Below, piece by piece: positions 60,229-64,000 of a DNA stretch of 64,000 bases. Under the pieces are notes generated by a model. That model was not told where the DNA came from. It saw only the letters and a list, made by a program, of their open reading frames with translations, and ran no database searches. This DNA is from an uncultured Helicobacter sp. (GTDB lineage: Bacteria; Campylobacterota; Campylobacteria; Campylobacterales; UBA6016), in assembly GCA_964630205.1 (NCBI GenBank), contig CAZVTM010000002.1, positions 31,235 to 95,234 of the forward strand, written 5' to 3'. Positions within the stretch are counted from its first letter, which is position 1, and the number at the start of each line of letters is the position of its first letter. A program made the position numbers and the translations under genes.

Positions 60229-61201
60229 AGACTATAACTACCGAGAGTCCGTCTTTTTTGTTTGCCAGCGTTAGCTCGCCGTTCATGTTTGTAACTACCG
60301 TACGCGCCATGAAAAGCCCGAGTCCGACCCCCTTGCCCTGCTCTTTTGTGGTAAAGTATGGTTCAAAAGCGCGGGATAATACCTCTTCGCTCATCCCACC
60401 GCCGTTGTCGACACACTCGAACCTCTTATTTTGAGGGTCTAGTTTTATCGTAATATCGCCCTTAAAGTTAGGATTTTCCACGAGCCTTTCGCTTATTGCC
60501 TCTTTTGCGTTTAGAATAAGGCTACTTATCACATCCCTAAGAAGCTCTTTTTGACCTATCACGACAAAACCGTCACCGTCAATTCGAATACGGATATTAA
60601 GGGATGATAGCTGCTCTTCAAAAGCGTTTGCCGCCTCTTTGGCTATCTCGCCTATATCTATACTCTCCTCCCTCTCGTTTGAGACAAAGAAAAGCCTGAA
60701 GTCGTCGATAGTTTTTGACATTTTATTGATAAGCTCCATACTTTTTGAAACATTTTTTTTGATATATCCTTCATCAAGCTCTCCGTATTGATGGGCAAAC
60801 TCAAAATCCTGCAACATCACCCCGATAGCATTTATAGGTTGTCTCCAGTTATGCGCTACGGCATTTATCATATCCATGAGGGCTTTCATTTTTGACTGAC
60901 GCATTAGTTCGCTATCTTTTTTTCTGATCTCACCCAAAAAGTTGTCTATATTTTTTTGCATCGCCTCAAAAGAGGAGATGATGGAGCCTATCTCGTCATC
61001 GCTATCTTTTCTATCGAAGACTATCTGCTTGCCCGGCGTATACTCTCTCATTCTCTCCGCAATATCGGAAAGCGGTGACAATAGCCGTCTGATAAAAAAC
61101 AGCGTAAGCGCAAAAATAACCGTCGCAACCCCAAAAAATTGCACCAACATCTGCTCAAAGTTATTGATAAGAAAGCCTCTTCGCCTATATTTAAAGCCCA
61201 A
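60221..61201 (-). CDS. Sensor histidine kinase lacking a periplasmic sensor (probably 5'-truncated)
   Basis: One TM, a HAMP-like linker (DEIGSIISSFEAM), the H-box VAHNWRQPINAI and an HATPase (DNGGGM, GKGVGLGL). The in-frame TAA just upstream leaves only a TTG at 61201 or a later ATG as starts. Confidence 0.7.
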   Translation of the reverse strand: MGFKYRRRGFLINNFEQMLVQFFGVATVIFALTLFFIRRLLSPLSDIAERMREYTPGKQIVFDRKDSDDEIGSIISSFEAMQKNIDNFLGEIRKKDSELMRQSKMKALMDMINAVAHNWRQPINAIGVMLQDFEFAHQYGELDEGYIKKNVSKSMELINKMSKTIDDFRLFFVSNEREESIDIGEIAKEAANAFEEQLSSLNIRIRIDGDGFVVIGQKELLRDVISSLILNAKEAISERLVENPNFKGDITIKLDPQNKRFECVDNGGGMSEEVLSRAFEPYFTTKEQGKGVGLGLFMARTVVTNMNGELTLANKKDGLSVVIVFN

Positions 61202-61203
61202 GA

Positions 61204-62771
61204 TATTTGGTTTTTATTTTCCAAATAGAAAATATTAGCGCCGATTGAATCTTCTTGCCTAAGCTTTTTTATATACTGCGCCTCATACGCCCTTACCCGC
61301 TCAGGCTTTAGATTTCTATTTCCTACCCTTGCAGGATTGTTCATTCCGTATAGCTCCTGCCATGCCGGAGCGCGATAAGCGGTACTAGTCATCAGCTTTA
61401 CGATATCCTCGTCGCTTACTTGCCAGACAAACGCCAACCTATAGTCGTTTTGTCTGTCAAAATCACTTCCTTTGTCACTGTTGATCTCTGCGGATAGCGC
61501 TATATCATCCGAAGCGTCCCATGTGTCGCTCATATAAAGCTTCGTTGTTTTTCTTTTTGCCGAAGGCCCGTCAAAAAATGGGGCGCTTGAGGAATAATCA
61601 ACCCACCCTGTGCCGGTAGTCCTATTTGTCGTAATAGAGCGGACTTCTATATTTTCTCGTCGCTTTGATATATCCCTATTTTTGGGCTGTGCTTTCCAAA
61701 TCCGTCGTATTTAAGCGAAAGTCCACCGTATGTAATACTATTTTTAAGAGCCAAATCCGCCCAGTAGCCATCCGGATACAGCACACCGCCGATAGTTACA
61801 CCGGCAGGATATGACTGCGCATAGCTTTGCCAGCCGTCCTCCATATATCCCGCCTTGGCTTCCGCATAGACATAATCCAAAATCTCTTTTTTATACTTGG
61901 CCTCAACATACCACGAAGGCATTTCTTGTCTTCCCTCGTCATTTGGAAGGGCGTTTAGATTGCCGAACGCGCTACCCATTTTATATGACGTAATACGTCC
62001 GGTTACACTAAATTCTCCGTTTGATAAAGCTAATGAAATCGCCTCGGTGTCCTGCCATACCTGTGCATCCCCGGAGCGAGAAAGGGCTACGTTTGCCGGC
62101 AGGGGGCTATAGCTTAGACCGTCTTTGCCGTTTGTCGCTATCTTTGCATCATCTTTGTAGTAGTAGGCGTCTATGTGAAATCGCCAATTTGCAAATTTTG
62201 CGCTATAAACAGCTCCGGCAAAACTCCCGTTTTCGGAACCGATACCCATATATGCTTTTGCTTCACTTTTTGAACCGTCTTCCGCATACGTAACGACATT
62301 GATAGTCCCAGCGTAACCGCTAGCCCCCTCGACAAAACTGCCGGGACCACGTACGACCTCTATTCTTTTGATGAGCTCGATCGGGATAGAAAGATAGGCG
62401 CTGTATCCGTCCATTGTTCTATCGTTTACGACCACGCCGTCTATAAGCAACCTACTTTGCCCATAGGCAAAAGGGTTGGAGCCTCTAAAAATAAGCGAGC
62501 TGCTCCTTATGTTGTCGGAAGATATATCAACACCGGCAAATAGCATCAAAGCGTCTTTAAGGGTCAAAGCGCCTAGCTTCTCTAGTTTTTCGCCCTCCCA
62601 AACGGACATGATATATGGCATATAGTCTATGTTTTGCTTGGTTCTTGTAGCTTTCTCGGTAATAATCGAAATGTCGTTCGCAAGCTCATTAACGGCTCGA
62701 TCCTCGCCTGCGTTTAGCGATATACAGGCGCACGACAAAAGCGTCATACAGACGCGTATTTTTTTTGGCAT
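61204..62771 (-). pseudogene. TonB-dependent receptor: frameshifted and 3'-truncated
   Basis: The 374-aa ORF has a signal peptide, a plug (TonB-box region, FRGSNP..., IE.I.VVRGP.S) and the first barrel strands. The frame changes at about 61650 (A4 run) and continues through ..YRAPAWQELYG..NLKPERV.AYE.. to about 61204, where it abuts the kinase gene. The C-terminal half of the barrel is missing. Confidence 0.75.
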
Positions 62772-62861
62772 CTAATTCCTCGTAACTTATGGCTATACAT
62801 ATATCGATATATTACAAAAATATATATTTAATGCTTTTTTGGGGCGTTTTATAATTTTTTA

Positions 62862-62888
62862 TTAGCACTCTTGACAAACAAGTGCTAA
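62862..62888. promoter_or_regulatory. CIRCE element 1 (HrcA operator)
   Basis: TTAGCACTC-ttgacaaac-AAGTGCTAA against the consensus TTAGCACTC-N9-GAGTGCTAA (1 mismatch). Confidence 0.85.
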
Positions 62889-62899
62889 TATTGTATTAT
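62871..62899 (+). promoter_or_regulatory. Sigma70-type promoter of hsp20
   Basis: TTGACA (62871-62876), 17-nt spacer, TATTAT (62894-62899). The -35 box sits in the CIRCE-1 spacer. Confidence 0.6.
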
Positions 62900-62903
62900 T
62901 TTT

Positions 62904-62930
62904 TTAGCACTTTATACATAGGAGTGCTAA
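62904..62930. promoter_or_regulatory. CIRCE element 2 (HrcA operator)
   Basis: TTAGCACTT-tatacatag-GAGTGCTAA (1 mismatch), just downstream of the -10 box and 21 nt before the start codon. Confidence 0.85.
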
Positions 62931-62951
62931 AAATATTAAAAGGAGTCTAAA

Positions 62952-63368
62952 ATGCTTCTAACTAGATTTGACCCGTTTAGAGAATTTGAGAGAAGATTTG
63001 CAGGTTATATACCTACGGATGCGAAAGAAGCAGCCAACGTATCAAGTTTTAGCCCTGCCGTAAACACAAGAGAAGACGATAAAGCATATTACATCCACGC
63101 CGACCTCCCAGGGGTTGCAAAAGAGGATATAAACATAGATTTAAAAGACAACGTAATCATGATTTCAGGCGAGAGAAAGCATAAAGAAGAGATAAAAGAA
63201 AAAGATTATTACAAGCTAGAAAGCTTCTACGGTAAATTCCAAAGAAGTTTTACTCTCCCGGAAGATGCCGACAGCAACGCCATAGACGCAAGTAGCGAAA
63301 ACGGTGTTTTAAACATCGTTATTCCAAAGGCCGCCCCAAAAGAGTCTAAAAAAATAGAAATCAAATAA
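62952..63368 (+). CDS. Small heat-shock protein (Hsp20/alpha-crystallin family)
   Basis: 138 aa with the alpha-crystallin core (P.V......D.Y....DLPGV.KEDI.I......I.ISGER, F.R.F.LPE..D...I.A...NGVL.I..PK). AAGGAG RBS. Confidence 0.92.
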   Translation: MLLTRFDPFREFERRFAGYIPTDAKEAANVSSFSPAVNTREDDKAYYIHADLPGVAKEDINIDLKDNVIMISGERKHKEEIKEKDYYKLESFYGKFQRSFTLPEDADSNAIDASSENGVLNIVIPKAAPKESKKIEIK

Positions 63369-63390
63369 CAAATATCTGCTTACCAAAAAT

Positions 63391-63421
63391 GCGGCGGAAG
63401 CTATTTTTTGATAGCCGCCGC
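63391..63421. terminator. Bidirectional hairpin between convergent hsp20 and SCO1 genes
   Basis: GCGGCGG..ctat-tttttg-atag-CCGCCGC overlaps the last codons of the SCO1 gene and lies 23 nt after the hsp20 stop. Confidence 0.45.
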
Positions 63422-63985
63422 TATTTCATCTCCGCTAATCCCAAAAGGCAAAACGGCTTCAAGTCTTCCGTTTTTATCTATCACGTACACGTCTGCACTG
63501 TGAGCCACGGAATATCCTATAACTGAATTTGGTTGCTGAACTTTCTTGTAGTTTGCACCGTAATTTTTGACCAATGCGGCTATATATGTCTCGTCTGCGG
63601 TTGCCCCTATGATATTTTGGTGAAAATATCTCGCAAATACTCCAAGTTGTTGCGGCTTATCCCTCTCTGGATCCACGCTAATAAATACGACACGCACCGA
63701 GTCAAGCTCCATGGGCGTAAGCTTGTTTAGCCCCTCGGCTATTGCATAAAGGGTAGTCGGACAGATATCGGGACAAAGTCCGTATCCGAAATACACGAGA
63801 GTCTTTTTGCCTCTAAAATCCGCTAGCTTTACGTCTCCTTTGTCGCTTTGGACGGTAAAATCATATTTTGCGACTTCCGCTGAATGCTTAAAATATAAAA
63901 ACAGCCCAAAAAATATAGCTGCCGCAATCGGCAAAACCGATAATATGATTTTATGTGTTTTTGTCATAGCTGATTTTTGCTCCAA
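63401..63985 (-). CDS. SCO1/SenC copper chaperone (thioredoxin fold)
   Basis: N-terminal TM, the CPDICPTT copper-binding motif and a conserved distal His (VAHS). Confidence 0.88.
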   Translation of the reverse strand: MEQKSAMTKTHKIILSVLPIAAAIFFGLFLYFKHSAEVAKYDFTVQSDKGDVKLADFRGKKTLVYFGYGLCPDICPTTLYAIAEGLNKLTPMELDSVRVVFISVDPERDKPQQLGVFARYFHQNIIGATADETYIAALVKNYGANYKKVQQPNSVIGYSVAHSADVYVIDKNGRLEAVLPFGISGDEIAAAIKK

Positions 63986-64000
63986 GTTATAAATCCGCCG

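Overview
This looks like a chromosomal window from a Campylobacterota genome. Gene content and protein signatures resemble a non-jejuni Campylobacter, but that is inference; no search was possible.

Gene order, left to right:
- Ni/Co ECF uptake genes, hypF, and a membrane-bound [NiFe] uptake hydrogenase operon (hydA-B-C-D plus a HydE-like gene), all on the minus strand.
- mobA, moaC, a DUF493 gene, glcD, a PIF1/RecD-type helicase and a CZB-GGDEF diguanylate cyclase.
- An N-linked protein glycosylation (pgl) locus split into three blocks: pglA | pglB-pglC-pglD | pglE-pglF. The first gap holds a 5.6-kb cassette of six secreted, membrane or lipoprotein genes I cannot place. It carries a coding G9 tract, a frameshift just after a signal peptide, and an in-frame TGA just after another signal peptide. 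The second gap holds a 2.7-kb islet with a decayed DUF1016/YhcG nuclease gene, small membrane ORFs, a G8 tract and ccdAB.
- metH, hemJ, a frameshifted periplasmic protein gene and a frameshifted AraC regulator.
- A small accessory islet: an unknown ORF, a SEC-C/YchJ-like gene, vapBC with a 68-bp tandem duplication of its 5' end, and a T5orf172/GIY-YIG gene.
- ilvD, AMMECR1 and MEMO genes, housekeeping genes (secG, frr, pyrE), a DUF748/AsmA-like giant and the modE-modA-TOBE-modB-modC operon.
- An internally deleted enolase remnant, two transporters, an EAL protein and an N-terminally truncated histidine kinase fused to the stump of a TonB-dependent receptor pseudogene.
- An hsp20 gene behind two tandem CIRCE operators, then an SCO1/SenC gene.

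No rRNA, tRNA, CRISPR array or transposase was seen. Several apparent frameshifts sit at short homopolymers, so assembly error has to be excluded before calling them pseudogenes. All family assignments rest on motif recognition by eye. The ORF track labels GTG and TTG starts as M, and I refined several starts from RBS and overlap context.
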